A stretch of 64,000 bases of DNA, taken from positions 434,001-498,000 of the forward strand of contig AP026153.1 in the NCBI GenBank assembly GCA_030295235.1. Reading direction: 5' to 3'. The notes below the pieces were generated by a model, which was not told the DNA's origin, ran no database searches, and worked only from the letters and a program-made list of their open reading frames with translations. This DNA is from Fistulifera solaris (Eukaryota). Positions 1 through 12,258 of the stretch are shown here, one piece after another (within the stretch, counting starts at the first letter, position 1; every line of letters starts with the position of its first letter). A program made the translations under genes and the position numbers.

Positions 1-1946
1 CATGGCCAGCACTTGAAGAATCCGTTCAGGATTGGAGTAGCCGTATCGGCGTCCTTCTCAACGTATTGAATGATGCAGTACGAGAGTTGCTGGTGATAAA
101 GCGAGACACATTTAGGCTTGTGCAAAGGAATGAGGGCCCGGACCAAAAACTGTAGATGCTCCTTTTTGAGAGGGATGGCGAAACCATTGATGATGCTACC
201 AAGGATCTCAAGCAGTTCACCAATTCCATTATGTCGCTCCGTTTCGTAGACAAAGCGATAGAAGACGTTGGAAATGGCACGTCGGATGAACGATCGGTGA
301 GACATGAACTTTCCGTAAATTCGGTGCAGAATTGTCTTCAGATAGTCTCGTTCGCGGGGATCTTCACTGTCAAACAGTTCAACCAACTGCAGGCAAAACT
401 TTTGGTCCACGTATTTCTTGGCCGCCTTCGCGTTAACTTCCGAACTGACGATGAACCTCAAAAAGAACTCGTAAGCAACCTGCAAGTGCGGCCAGGCCGG
501 CTCCAAGACAGGCTCGTCCTCTTCCGGGTCAAAGTCATCCGTCGCCGGTGGCAATGCACGGCAAACATTAGCCGATACCATTGCCATCAGATCTCCCATG
601 ATCGATTCCGTGAAAATCTTTTGTCCAGCGGGAGTGTTGACGTAGTCCACCAACTCCAAAAGCGTCTGACGTTTCATATCTTTACCTCTCTTGTCCGCGG
701 TCGGATCATCGAAAGAAAAAATGACACTGCACAACTTTAACTTGAGCACAAAGAGCTCTTCTCGCTTCGCCGGCGGTGCATCGCGGAGAGCTGGCAAATC
801 CTTCAGGGCCGTGCGATCTGCACCCGGTACCTGGATCTGTACCTTCTCCATACCTGGGCGGGGTGGTTCTTTAGCTACAGCGGCAGGGGCCGTTGGAGGT
901 TTATTGCCTGCGCTTCCTCGACGGCGAGCTTCTTCGGTTTCCTGCAGTACGAAAAGTTTTATGTTAGAAATCGAGCGACTTGAGAAAGAAAAAGGTCGGC
1001 AACGGCAACGATTTTAAGTTATTATAAGCACACACCGATACTGTTTGCTGCGAGTGATGGATGAACTCCAAGGGATGTATGGATGAACTTCGTGCCTCAA
1101 TATATGAACCGGAACGGCGCTTTTTGGAGTACAATTGTGGAATCGGCTCGGGTGTTGAGGATCGGCGTTGTGTAGCACAAAAGTGATCGGATTCATCGCC
1201 CAGATACTGAATACGCATCTCACGATAACGTGGCACCCGGTGTTCGGCCAGTAAATGGTATTCCTGGTCTTTCGTGTCGTCAATGTCAAAGACACGGATC
1301 CACGGAGACATTAGCACGTGACACGGATTTGGAAAAAGATTGATGAAGTCGTACATTGTCGAGGAAGTGCTGCGGTGATGACCACCGATCGATTGAACAA
1401 CATCGTCCGATTTCTCGGTCGTTTCTCCAAAAGTCGTGTCGAGCGGACTCAGTGGAGGCGACTCGGTGCATGACGATGCCGATGACACAGGCGAACCCGC
1501 AAGGTCGGGTAGAGGATGATTCTCCACTTTCATGAGCTTCTTGTTGGAAGGAGGGGACCACATGGTGTGCACAAAGATCGATTTCGCCAGAAATGGTTTC
1601 TTTCGGACGAAAAACACCATCTTTTGAACGATTCGTCCAGTATCTTTGAAAAATTGTCTCAACGATAACAAAGAACTGCCTGGTCCGATCTACTTAGACG
1701 AGGAAAACGCGGGCCGGTCGGTCACTTAAGCGAGGCGCGGTTCATTTTTCGGCTACACTCCATTAGCAAAAAACGTCTCACCGCCAACGAGACGAGGAAT
1801 TTGGAATCTTACGAGACGATGATTGCGATAGTCCGTACGACGGACGGTCTTACCTGTGCGGGTTGTTGCTGCGATGGTTTGTTGGCTGGCTGTTGCTGTT
1901 GTTTACTGGTATTCTTTCTCCCTTTTCCTAAGCGCATCATCATCAT
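1..1946 (-). CDS. PP2A regulatory subunit B' (B56 family); 3' end runs off the window start
   Basis: Manual minus-strand translation of 1..941 gives [74 protein letters not shown], the B56 hallmark. The acceptor CAG is at 942-944 with a CTAAC branch-like site at 963-967. Candidate first exons are 1854..1946 (GTAAG donor) and 1042..1563. The B56 core exon is absent from the ORF track. Confidence 0.93.
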
Positions 1947-2436
1947 CCGAGGGATATGTTGTTGTTTCGAGTGAAAAAGACTCAAAAAATAATAACAGGA
2001 AGAAGAGAAGAGCGAAGAGAGGACAACAACGCGAGATGTGTCTTTTCGATGAAGTCGACTGCGGGCGGCAACGGAATCCGCGAGTTTGCACGAGGGTCTT
2101 GCTTTTGGATTGTGACGTTTTCTATTTAGCAGGATGTCTCCGTCTACTTTAACCAATACAGTGAGCCAAATTCTTTGATCGCCCCCCTCCACGCACGGTT
2201 TGGTACAAAATGTACGTGCACTTTGTGTTCTGTGACTTGGATCGCTGTACGACACTTTATTGGATTACAGCATGATCTTCCTTCAACATGTGAACCTTGA
2301 CACCGAAAATCGAAAAGCGCGGCATTTCAAATTTATTTTTCGGTCAGAATGCGAATAGAAGGCAATAGCAACGAATGAATGGACGCTTTGTTGCTCAATA
2401 TAAATCCGCTTACAAAGTATAAGAAGGATCGAATAA

Positions 2437-3438
2437 ATGTTGAGCGAAAGCGAATCAGAATTATCCAGCAACGACACAGAAATCCTGGCGACATGTTCTG
2501 TCGTTCCAGATGATGAACTATCGATCGTCGAGCGTTGTAGTCAGGATGAGCTTCTGATTTCTTCTACAACAGAGGATCTTGAATCGTCGCTTCAAAATCA
2601 GATGGATACAGAAAAATGGTCGGCGGCCGCTCGTTTGTTGGAAAACTTTCCCTCGTTAGCTCATGCGAATCTCACCATCATCATTCAAGGCGAGCGAATC
2701 GGCTGTCGGCCTTTGCACGCAGCCTGCGCCCGGCGCCTCCCTTCACTGGATCTTCTGGAACAACTCATGGCTTACTTTCCATCCGCATTGTGCGAGCATG
2801 ATCCTCGTGGACGATTGCCGCTTCATCTTGCGCTACTACGGGGTTGCTGTTCCCCCAGTGTCGTTCGCTATCTATGCGAGCGCTCTCCTTCCGCTTTGTT
2901 GCAGAAAGATGACGATGGGAATCTTCCATTGCATTATGCTTGTCAATTTACTTCCCACATCATTGTTCAAATTGTACTGAATGCGTGTCGCGAAGCTGCC
3001 ACGATAGCGAACAACAAGAAACGATTGCCGCTCCATTTGGTGTGCGCCCGCAACTGGGATTTGGAAGGACCCAGTGTCTGTTCGGTGCTCGAAGCATTTC
3101 CGGAAGCCACACAAGCGACTGATCGATCCAACCGATTGCCATTGCACTGGGCGTGCGATCAACCGCTGCTGCGATACGATCTGCTTGCGGCTCTGGTGCA
3201 GCAGTATCCGGGCGGACTTTTGCATCGGGACCATACGGGGGCGACGCCTGTGCAACTGGCAAAGCGCATGCAAAAGCAATACTATGGAGAAGAGCAAGGT
3301 GTGGTTTTGGCTTTTCTAAACGAACGAACGGTTCGGGAACGCAGAAATAAGTGTGTCTTGCATAATTTATTTGCCATTCGTATCAGCGGCGATAAGAACA
3401 AGAACAATATACAATCGCTCCAATTTCCTTACGGATAG
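2437..3438 (+). CDS. Ankyrin-repeat protein
   Basis: 333-aa ORF with repeated G-x-LPLH-x-A motifs (GRLPLHLA, GNLPLHYA, RLPLHLVC, RLPLHWA, GATPVQLA). Confidence 0.85.
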   Translation: MLSESESELSSNDTEILATCSVVPDDELSIVERCSQDELLISSTTEDLESSLQNQMDTEKWSAAARLLENFPSLAHANLTIIIQGERIGCRPLHAACARRLPSLDLLEQLMAYFPSALCEHDPRGRLPLHLALLRGCCSPSVVRYLCERSPSALLQKDDDGNLPLHYACQFTSHIIVQIVLNACREAATIANNKKRLPLHLVCARNWDLEGPSVCSVLEAFPEATQATDRSNRLPLHWACDQPLLRYDLLAALVQQYPGGLLHRDHTGATPVQLAKRMQKQYYGEEQGVVLAFLNERTVRERRNKCVLHNLFAIRISGDKNKNNIQSLQFPYG

Positions 3439-3845
3439 AAAAAAGAGCGCTGTTTGGTTAATGAATGCTCCGTAGACTATTAGATATTATAAATGTTGGT
3501 AGTCACCTTCTCTGTTTCGATGTCAAAGCAGACTTTTACAGAAATAGCGAATATTGGTTGAGATGTAGAGTCTAAAATCCGTTTCCCTACACGAATATAC
3601 CTCGCGACTCCGTAGTCCCTCTCAGCATTTATTTCGACGCCATAGATAGCTCGAAAATCCGGACTTTTTGGTTTTAATGTCATCGTCGTTTGAATTTCTT
3701 AGCTTCTGGCATAGCTTGCTAAGAATAAAGAAATATGTACTAAATACAATCTCCAAGATAACCTGCTTGGTGAGGATTAGGTCCTTGCTTATTGCGCTAG
3801 CGCGAGAAAAATAGGCAAATATCTATGATATTATTGCTCGTGACT

Positions 3846-3904
3846 CATGACTGATAATCAGTCCTGTCGGAAAACGGACAACACTTTAGAGTTAGAGCTA
3901 TAGT
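3846..3904 (+). repeat. Dispersed ~57-bp twin-hairpin repeat, copy A
   Basis: CATGACTGATAATCAGTCCTGTCGGAAAACGGACAACACT...GAGCTATAGT; closely matches 13534..13588 and the reverse complement of 61181..61220. Confidence 0.75.
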
Positions 3905-4631
3905 GACAGTGGATGCGTCGCATTCTGAAGGATGTTTGCGAATAATTGCATGGTCATGCAGAAAGATGATAAAACAACTTCACTTGTGAAGATGTGAATA
4001 TTTACGAGAAGATAGAATTACCAACATGGATGTGAGGAAATAAGGCAAACATAACGTAGTATTTCGTTCGTGATTGGACGACGCAAGATTAAAAAATCCA
4101 TCTTTGTGAAAACCGCTGGGATACTTCAGGAGCAAGCATTTTTTTATATAATTATTTCGCGCTCATCATCGTCGCGTCGCAACTGTGAACCATTTGCGTT
4201 GCCGCTTGCTGTTATTCAAGAAGATGTGCGTACTATTCAAACCATCCTTCAGTATCGTTCGTTCTATTACGAGTAATTGTTCGGATGAGAGGCTCGCGGC
4301 GCCAGCTTGGGCACGAACTTGAAGTTCCGTGAACCATTGAGACGCATTTCCCGTCCTTCGACGATGTGTATCTTTGTCACGGGTAAACAAAGGATTGCAC
4401 GAATGACCTCGATTACGCGAGCCTCGCAACGTCTTCATTGTTGCGAACGAACGATCGATCTTTTCGACAAGCCTTCATGCAATCTGTTGCCTTGTCTACA
4501 ATTGATTAGTTGCTCTATTTTCTTCGAGCGCTCTGACAAATAAAAGCCCAGCAACAAATAGGTCGCAGCAAGGGCAAAGCAAAGCAGCAAAACACACAAT
4601 ACCAGTCCCGCCAGTACCGCAGCAACCCTCG

Positions 4632-7335
4632 TTGCCGCAGCAAGTAAACGACATGCTCCCTCTGGAAAGTATCAACGACAGTAACATCGACCACGGCGGA
4701 TATTATCGACAGTATAAAGACGCGACGCGGCGCTTTTACAACTGGATGGCGAACGATGCCTGTCCCGCTTCGAACATGAAAACGGTCAACGATTACCGCC
4801 GCGGCGTCGATCGTATTGTAGAGCACAATTTGAAGGTGCAGAATGAGCGGGAGTTCATTGTCGCTCCGCCGGCGATTATGAAGAGCCTCGCGGCCTGCAT
4901 TCGTCTCCGGGAGAAAGTGACTGCGCAGCTCTTTGCGTCGAAAAGCGGAGGCGATCCCGGGCATCAGTACATCATTGATGTTCTCAAGTATTGCCGAACT
5001 TCTCTTCGATTCGCGAATCGAGTTGCTGCCGTCCGCACGTCGAGTGAGGGGGTGCACAAGATGCGATCGGCGGCCGCTTTCAAGCCTTGACGGTCGACGA
5101 TGACGACGAGGAAGAAATTGATTGGGTACAAATCGATCGCGATATCAAGAACGGAAATGCGCCCAAATTCGTTGGAGTCGAAGTCGAGGATGAGATTGAT
5201 ATCAAGGAAGCTCTTCTGAGAGGCGACGACCGATTTCAAGCCATGATTCTTTTGTTTACTATGTGTGCTCTGATGATTAAAGTTCATCACAGCTATGCTC
5301 AGCTGAAAGCGTTCATGCGAGGAAATGCAGAAGATCGTCGGTCGTCGAACTGCATGCAGCTTTTGATGAAATGTGCTGTTGTTGCAAATGCTGCTACCGA
5401 GTGCGTCAGTCGCACAGAGAACGAATTGATGCTGGATCACCCGCATCTTTCATCGTTCTATCATGTTCTCGCGCTTGTGGTTCTCACAGATTACATCGCA
5501 TTAATCAACGAACGCATCGATACGGCGAAACTGGAGAAAGATCCACACATGGCTCTCGACTTTGTGGCCAAAGTTGTGCAGACCTCTTTCCATGAAAACA
5601 AAACAGTAAGGTTACCTCCTCTCTTGGCGCCTTTTGTGAACAAATCAGGCTTAGACCTACAATTTGTAACAAAAATAGCAAGAGATATAAACTGGGTCAC
5701 CACCGGCGAGACGTCTTTCGAGTTGGAACGACTTGCTTGCTCGGATCTGACTGCCAAGTATGATGCCGCTGGGATGAGGCCGCATATGTGGCTCCGTGCA
5801 TTCCAGTACATTGGAGGGGACTGCTGCATCTTGAACACACATAGATGTGTTGAGTTGTCTATGGACATGGTGGAAGAAGATAATCGAAAACTTGCCTTTC
5901 GGCCTGGGAGCTGGGGCAAGCCGTTTCACGAGAACCGAAGCCCAGCTCGCAGCATCACGGGAGATTTAGATGAGCCATTCATGGCCACCATCTTACCGGA
6001 ACTCATTGAGACTTGCAAATACTGGCCTGTTGATTGCCTTCCGAACCGATCATTTTTGATCACTGTGCTCGATCAGTTTCAGCGGCATCTGAAATGTAAC
6101 TTGGGAGAACCGGTCCCCATTGCTGTGACCTTCGGCCTGCACTCTGTCTTGATGTCAATTTTCGTACTCCAGGGAGATGGGGACCTGACGCGTATTGCTG
6201 CTTCATCGAAACAGTCCTACAATATGCTTTTCAAACAACTAGAGGCTGTGTCGGATCGAACGAAAGCACCCGAAAATTGTCTTGACGTTTACGCCATTCT
6301 TACTGCGACTGGCAAACTTGCGAAGTTCGCCAAGCCGGTCAACGAAGTCGTCGCAGCTGGTGATCTGCACCGAGCTGAGGATCTGCTCAACGCTGAGATG
6401 CTTGCGTATTGGAACCCTCTTATTGCCGGAGAGTATATGCTGTATGCGACGTACATGTGCTCCATCGGCCAGGGAGCCAAAACTGTCAATTCAAGGGGTC
6501 AGCTGAGATCAGTGCTACACTTATACAACGGACTAAAGCTTCATGACCCGACTTTCAATGTTCTGTTTTTAGAGAAGTTGGACAGCATATTCATCGACAC
6601 AAAAGCGGTCTGGGTTGGTCGAAAGCCCGGTAGAGGATCCCTTTACAAGTCGTTTTGGATGTCATGCGGAATGAACGCAAGTCAAGTCTCTAATCTTGTC
6701 GCCCTCGGACAAGCAGGTAGCAGACGTGCTGCTCAAGATGATTCCAGGAACCGTTCATACGAAGGGAGGTAAGACAAGTTTATTGATTGATATTTCTGTA
6801 AGAGCCATCTTCTAATGAAGCTGCCTTGGTTGCCATTTTCCTACACAGAACGCCACCCATTCGTCCTGAAGAATTTAGCGTCTCGTATCGACGCCTTGTT
6901 CAGCAAGACTTGAGTAACCAAACGACCAGTGCCATCGATCACGATGATGTTTTCACAAGAATCAAACTAATCCATAACGCCATGGACGACGATGGGAATA
7001 GTGTTCTTCCGATGAACTTTTCCGCCGTTGGGTCGATTTTGTTGGAGTTTATGAACGCTTTGTACGATCATATGGGATGGTCATCCACCGAGCTCCATGA
7101 CCTTGTTCTAACCTCTCATGAACAGTATTTCAATAGAACCGTTGCCTCAACCGATTTCAAATTCAAACTTCAAGTCATGTCCACCATTTGGGGACGTATT
7201 ATGGAGGCCCTTGATAGAGGATGGGGTGATTTGATGGCACTGGAGTTCAATCTTGATGAGATTGCAGCCTTTACCAAGTCGTTCTTTGATAACGTTGAGC
7301 GTGATCGCTTTATGTTCTTTGTCGGGGAGGAATGA
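4632..7335 (+). CDS. Large uncharacterised protein with a DUF6604-like N-terminus; one frameshift and one intron
   Basis: YRQYKDATRRFYNWM...IRLREKV...DPGHQYIIDVL resembles DUF6604 as I recall it. ORFs 4632..5090 and 5087..6772 join with one extra base in the G5 run at ~5048-5052. A GT-AG intron at 6769..6848 joins in frame to 6849..7335. Confidence 0.65.
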
Positions 7336-7734
7336 GCACGACTGTTGATCAGCGCAATACTTTGTAGGGAGGGTACCGTCGCAGGTCCTCATAATTCTTA
7401 GCAGTAGGATATGTAGCATCTAGCGAGTCAACTAGTCCATCAACTACAATCATAAATTGTTTAATCTAGGCGTTACACGTCAGCGTTGCTGGTCTCATTC
7501 ACCGAGCGGGAGTTGACATAGTAACTTCGACACGCACAATGTTTCCGATGTGCTATAGATTGCCACAAGCTGAAAATCGTTCTAATTCATTTAAGCCAAC
7601 AAAGGCAATAAACCGAAACGACCCGAGGAAAGGATACGAGTAAACGAGGAGTCTTGCAAGCCATGACCGCCAAGACACATTCGTCAATCCAGACTTCAGT
7701 CAATAGTTATAACAAACGCAACGGTCTCACTTGC

Positions 7735-8760
7735 TCATAGAAAACGGAACCTTACTCGGAGATCAATGTTGCAAATTGTTGCTCTTTGCTTCCGATCCAT
7801 CTCTGGCAGCCATTCAATGGCGATGACGGTGCACTGGCACGTGAGGCGAAATATATGTACGATAATGGCGAAATGTAGTAATTGTTCTCTACATCGACCA
7901 TAAACTCGAAATGCGACGCAGGATGATGCGGTCGGATCGATCAATGTATGCATCAACCTAATTCAGGGTGCAGGATGATACCTGACGGTGTCATAGATTG
8001 TTTCCTCAAATGAATCACTGTCTTTGTACAACTGCAGCAACCCATCGAGCATGCAAAAGACTGTAGACGCCGTGAGATCGCCGAAGGCAATTCGTTTGTC
8101 AAACACTAATCCAGAGCCGAAGTAAAAATAATGTTGACCACTTTTTGGTATTAGATACCGTCGAAACGGACCGTCATCGCGTAATGCACGCACCTGTCAA
8201 TTTGAGGATGAAGCAAGGGTAAACCAGATCTTCTTCCCACGTTTCCTTCTACTTGATTTCGAGAAGTACCAGGTAATTTCCGAACGTCGACGAGCTTGTT
8301 GGAATCTCTTCTACCGTTCCACTCACCAACAGACAATGTTTGCGTTCGTTCGTTCCACTCCGATCCGTCAGATCATCGAATCAAGTCGATCATGACACGA
8401 AATGAGAGCACTTTTTGCATCCTCGGCGAAAGCGTCCCTCGCGAACATTGTTTTTTCCTTCATCGTCTCCTTCGAAGACGCTAAATTCCTTGAAAATGCT
8501 CGATAGTTGATGAGACTGCAACTGTATGAGTATGACAGCAAGTTGAAATCACTCCATCATCGATCACCACTAGGTATTTAAAGAACAAGCAAAGAGAGTC
8601 ACCAAAAAGTTAGGTGCATCGATGATACTGCGTGTTTGTTCATGCCTCAGAGTGCGAGCCGGACGATATGGTTGTCGTCGTCATACGCAAAAAACCGATC
8701 CATTGCGGCGGACGCCTGCAACGCTACATGCCACTGTGCGATGGCTTTCTTTACTTCACA
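7735..8760 (-). pseudogene. Probable degenerate gene relic
   Basis: Several short protein-like minus-strand segments in shifting frames (e.g. 7963..8193, 8151..8336, and CWKECEVKKAIAQWHVALQASAAMDRFF near 8680-8770), with stops and no continuous ORF. Confidence 0.35.
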
Positions 8761-8860
8761 CTCCTTCCAGCATGACCTGCGGCTTAGTATACCATGCTGG
8801 AAGGATCAGCGGCCAGCCTCGGCTAGCATTCGAAGTCGTTCAATATTTTCATCACACAGG

Positions 8861-10597
8861 GTTCATGACTACTGTACAAGTCAGTCTTGGCTGGTGTAAA
8901 CCAACAATCCATTTCATAGTGGAAATTCAAGGTGTCGATCCTCGGATTATTTCGACGTGAAAATGAAAGAAACTCTTGAAACTCTTAACAAGTAGATCAG
9001 AATCATCATTGTTGCGACTTTATTTACCCTCAATTATAATTATATTCGCAGTTGAATGACAATGGACGGATGCGAGAGACGCCAAACGGATCCCTTCGTT
9101 GTTCGGTTCATGACTACTGTACAAGTCAGTCTTGGCTGGCGTAAACCGACACTCCGTTTCATAGTGGAAATTCAAGGTGTCGATCCTCGGATTATTTCGA
9201 CGTGAAAATGAAAGAAACTCTTAACAAGTAGTTCAGAATCATCATTGTTGCGACTTTATTTACCCTCAATTATAATTATATTCGCAGTTGAATGACAATG
9301 GACGGATGCGAGAGACGCCAAACGGATCCCTTCGTTGTTCGGTTCATGACTACTGTACAAGTCAGTCTTGGCTGGCGTAAACCAACACTCCGTTTAATAG
9401 TGGAAATTCAAGGTGTCGATCCTCGGATTATTTCGACGTGAAAATAAAAGAAACTCTTAACAAGTAGTTCAGAATCATCATTGTTGCGACTTTATTCACC
9501 CTCAATTATAATTATATTCGCAGTTGAATGACAATGGACGGATGCGAGAGACGCCAAACGGATCCCTTCGTTGTTCGGTTCATGACTACTGTACAAGTCA
9601 GTCTTGGCTGGCGTAAACCAACAATCCGTTTCATAGTGGAAATTCAAGGTGTCGATCCTCGGATTATTTCGACGTGAAAATGAAAGAAACTCTTAACAAG
9701 TAGATCAGAATCATCATTGTTGCGACTTTATTCACCCTCAATTATAATTATATTCGCAGTTGAATGACAATGGACGGATGCGAGAGACGCCAAACGGATC
9801 CCTTCGTTGTTCGGTTCATGACTACTGTACAAGTCAGTCTTGGCTGGTGTAAACCAACAATCCATTTCATAGTGGAAATTCAAGGTGTCGATCCTCGGAT
9901 TATTTCGACGTGAAAATGAAAGAAACTCTTGAAACTCTTAACAAGTAGATCAGAATCATCATTGTTGCGACTTTATTTACCCTCAATTATAATTATATTC
10001 GCAGTTGAATGACAATGGACGGATGCGAGAGACGCCAAACGGATCCCTTCGTTGTTCGGTTCATGACTACTGTACAAGTCAGTCTTGGCTGGCGTAAACC
10101 AACACTCCGTTTCATAGTGGAAATTCAAGGTGTCGATCCTCGGATTATTTCGACGTGAAAATGAAAGAAACTCTTAACAAGTAGTTCAGAATCATCATTG
10201 TTGCGACTTTATTCACCCTCAATTATAATTATATTCGCAGTTGAATGACAATGGACGGATGCGAGAGACGCCAAACGGATCCCTTCGTTGTTCGGTTCAT
10301 GACTACTGTACAAGTCAGTCTTGGCTGGCGTAAACCAACACTCCGTTTCATAGTGGAAATTCAAGGTGTCGATCCTCGGATTATTTCGACGTGAAAATGA
10401 AAGAAACTCTTAACAAGTAGTTCAGAATCATCATTGTTGCGACTTTATTCACCCTCAATTATAATTATATTCGCAGTTGAATGACAATGGACGGATGCGA
10501 GAGACGCCAAACGGATCCCTTGGTTGTTCGGTTCATGACTACTGTACAATCCAGTCTCGGCTGGCGTAAACCAACACCCCGCGTTATAGTGAAATAT
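8861..10597. repeat. Tandem array (satellite) of 236/245-bp units, ~7.3 copies
   Basis: The anchor GTTCATGACTACTGTACAA recurs at 8861, 9106, 9342, 9578, 9814, 10059, 10295 and 10531, giving periods of 245, 236, 236, 236, 245, 236 and 236. Units are near-identical and the last partial unit is diverged. Confidence 0.98.
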
Positions 10598-10632
10598 TGC
10601 GCCAACCAACAATCGCGTCTAAATACGAATCA

Positions 10633-10746
10633 CCCAGATTTTCTGGATAAGTCGAAATACCACATTCTCAGACAGGTCGAAATACCACTCGTCCAGATTT
10701 TCCGGACACGTCGAAATACCACTCGCCCAGATTTTCCGGAGACGTC
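10633..10746. repeat. 34-bp minisatellite, ~3 degenerate copies
   Basis: GTCGAAATACCAC at 10651, 10676 and 10710; CCAGATTTTC(C/T)GGA occurs three times. Confidence 0.8.
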
Positions 10747-10900
10747 CATGAAGTGCCGATCGCCGATCGCATCGCGTTTCTTCGCATCGACGAGTATTAT
10801 GCACGCACTAAAAATCGAATGACCATGAGGTATAACTCGAGTGCTCGTTTGCTTTTCCCTTTCATTTTCACCAAGAAACACAACCTGCTAGCGTTATAAA

Positions 10901-12251
10901 TTGCTCATGTTCGGTGCATTCATCGTTTTTCTCCTGCTGCTTCACATGGCACGGGCCGCCGATTTGGACTTTCATGATGCCGCTCATAAAACCAAAGAAC
11001 TTCAAAAGAAAGAACGGGAACGAAGGAGAAGGAAAGATACAAAACCGGATATTTGGGACAAACATTTCAATGAAAGTACGACGGGAGGAAAGTACAGCTT
11101 CAATCGTACGGTAGAAGCGACGGAATGGATTGTGACGGGGACATCGCCCATTGTGGAAAAGCCGACGGAAACACCAAAACGTGGTAGTTTACTTGCCACC
11201 AAACAACCACCCTACGTTCATTGGGTGTGTTATCGAGGCAGTTCTGCAGACAGTAGTAGCACCACAGAACAGACGGCGGAGAAACTAGCGTGCTGTTTGG
11301 AAATTTACCGTGCCATGTTACAAGATCCGGAAGGTCTCTGCTGGAAGACCGATCTCGAAGCCTGTGGCTACAATCCCAATCACCTGGATCCACAAAATCT
11401 CAAAATTGATTTACTGGCGGACTTGAAAGAAGAAAAGCAAGGCATTGCGGCGGCGCGGAAAACGGAATTCATGCAGCACTGTTCGCATCTCTTGACTCCC
11501 GTACCGACGGCCCCATCGAATCAATACACAATAGACGGACGAGTTTCTTTACCACCGCGGTGGTCGCTCCTACAATCGCCTTCCGTACTACAACACCAGC
11601 CAACAAAGCAATGGCGTCAATTCGTACAAGATTCCGTCAGTGGCATATGGATCAAACGTTCGGATTTGTCACCGATCCATGTCACACGGCCGATTCGATT
11701 GAATGCGACGACTTCTTACGAAATCACCGATACCTTTCCGGTATTCTATACAGCCCAAATGGTAGCCAGTCAAACGAATGATGAATGGCGTATCATGGAA
11801 CATACGTTGCAATTGGGAGTCATTGACGATCCGCCGTCCTCGTTGTCCGCCCAAGTGATTCTTTTTATTGTTTTTGCCCAATGAATTGCGTCCCATTTCC
11901 CAACCACCACCACAGTGTACACCAGATTGTCACGTGTCCATCCTGGCGGATACATGGTCGAAGGAAAAGACATCGGTGTGGGGGCAACCGTCGGTCGTGG
12001 CACTCCAAGTCGATATTCCTCACGTCACGACGAAGAAACATACGTTTACCACAACGTTGCGGCTCGAAGACGAAGAATCACTCATTGTTTCACCACCGCT
12101 ACTCTATTCGGCGGTCATGACATCCTCCGAAGATGATCGCGTTTGGGTTTGGGATGGAAATGTCCGACCGAACTTGTCGTTACTATTGACGGACTTCGAG
12201 GAAAAGAGCGGTTACAAGATTTATGGAAAGTTGAATTGTAGTAGTAATTAG
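10901..12251 (+). CDS. Secretory-pathway protein, weakly PIG-X/PBN1-like at the C-terminus; one frameshift
   Basis: Hydrophobic N-terminal signal (MFGAFIVFLLLLHMARA). ORFs 10901..11884 and 11868..12251 overlap at a T run (~11870-11875). The PIG-X resemblance is only tentative. Confidence 0.5.
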
Positions 12252-12258
12252 TTCAAAG

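Noticed and set aside
156..740. 194-aa plus-strand ORF
   Set aside because: Antisense shadow of the PP2A B56 coding exon.
9130..9195. tRNA or tRNA-derived SINE in the satellite unit (TGGCGTAA...GGTGTCGATCC)
   Set aside because: Only a loose A/B-box resemblance; no cloverleaf could be built.
8861..10597. CRISPR-like array
   Set aside because: Units are near-identical along their whole length, with no variable spacers and no cas-like genes; the context is eukaryotic.
8861..10597. Retrozyme or hammerhead ribozyme array
   Set aside because: No CUGANGA core found on either strand of the unit.
10481..10822. 113-aa ORF at the end of the array (also 8622..8960 and 57860..58117)
   Set aside because: Chance read-through of repeat sequence; the frame is closed within full units.
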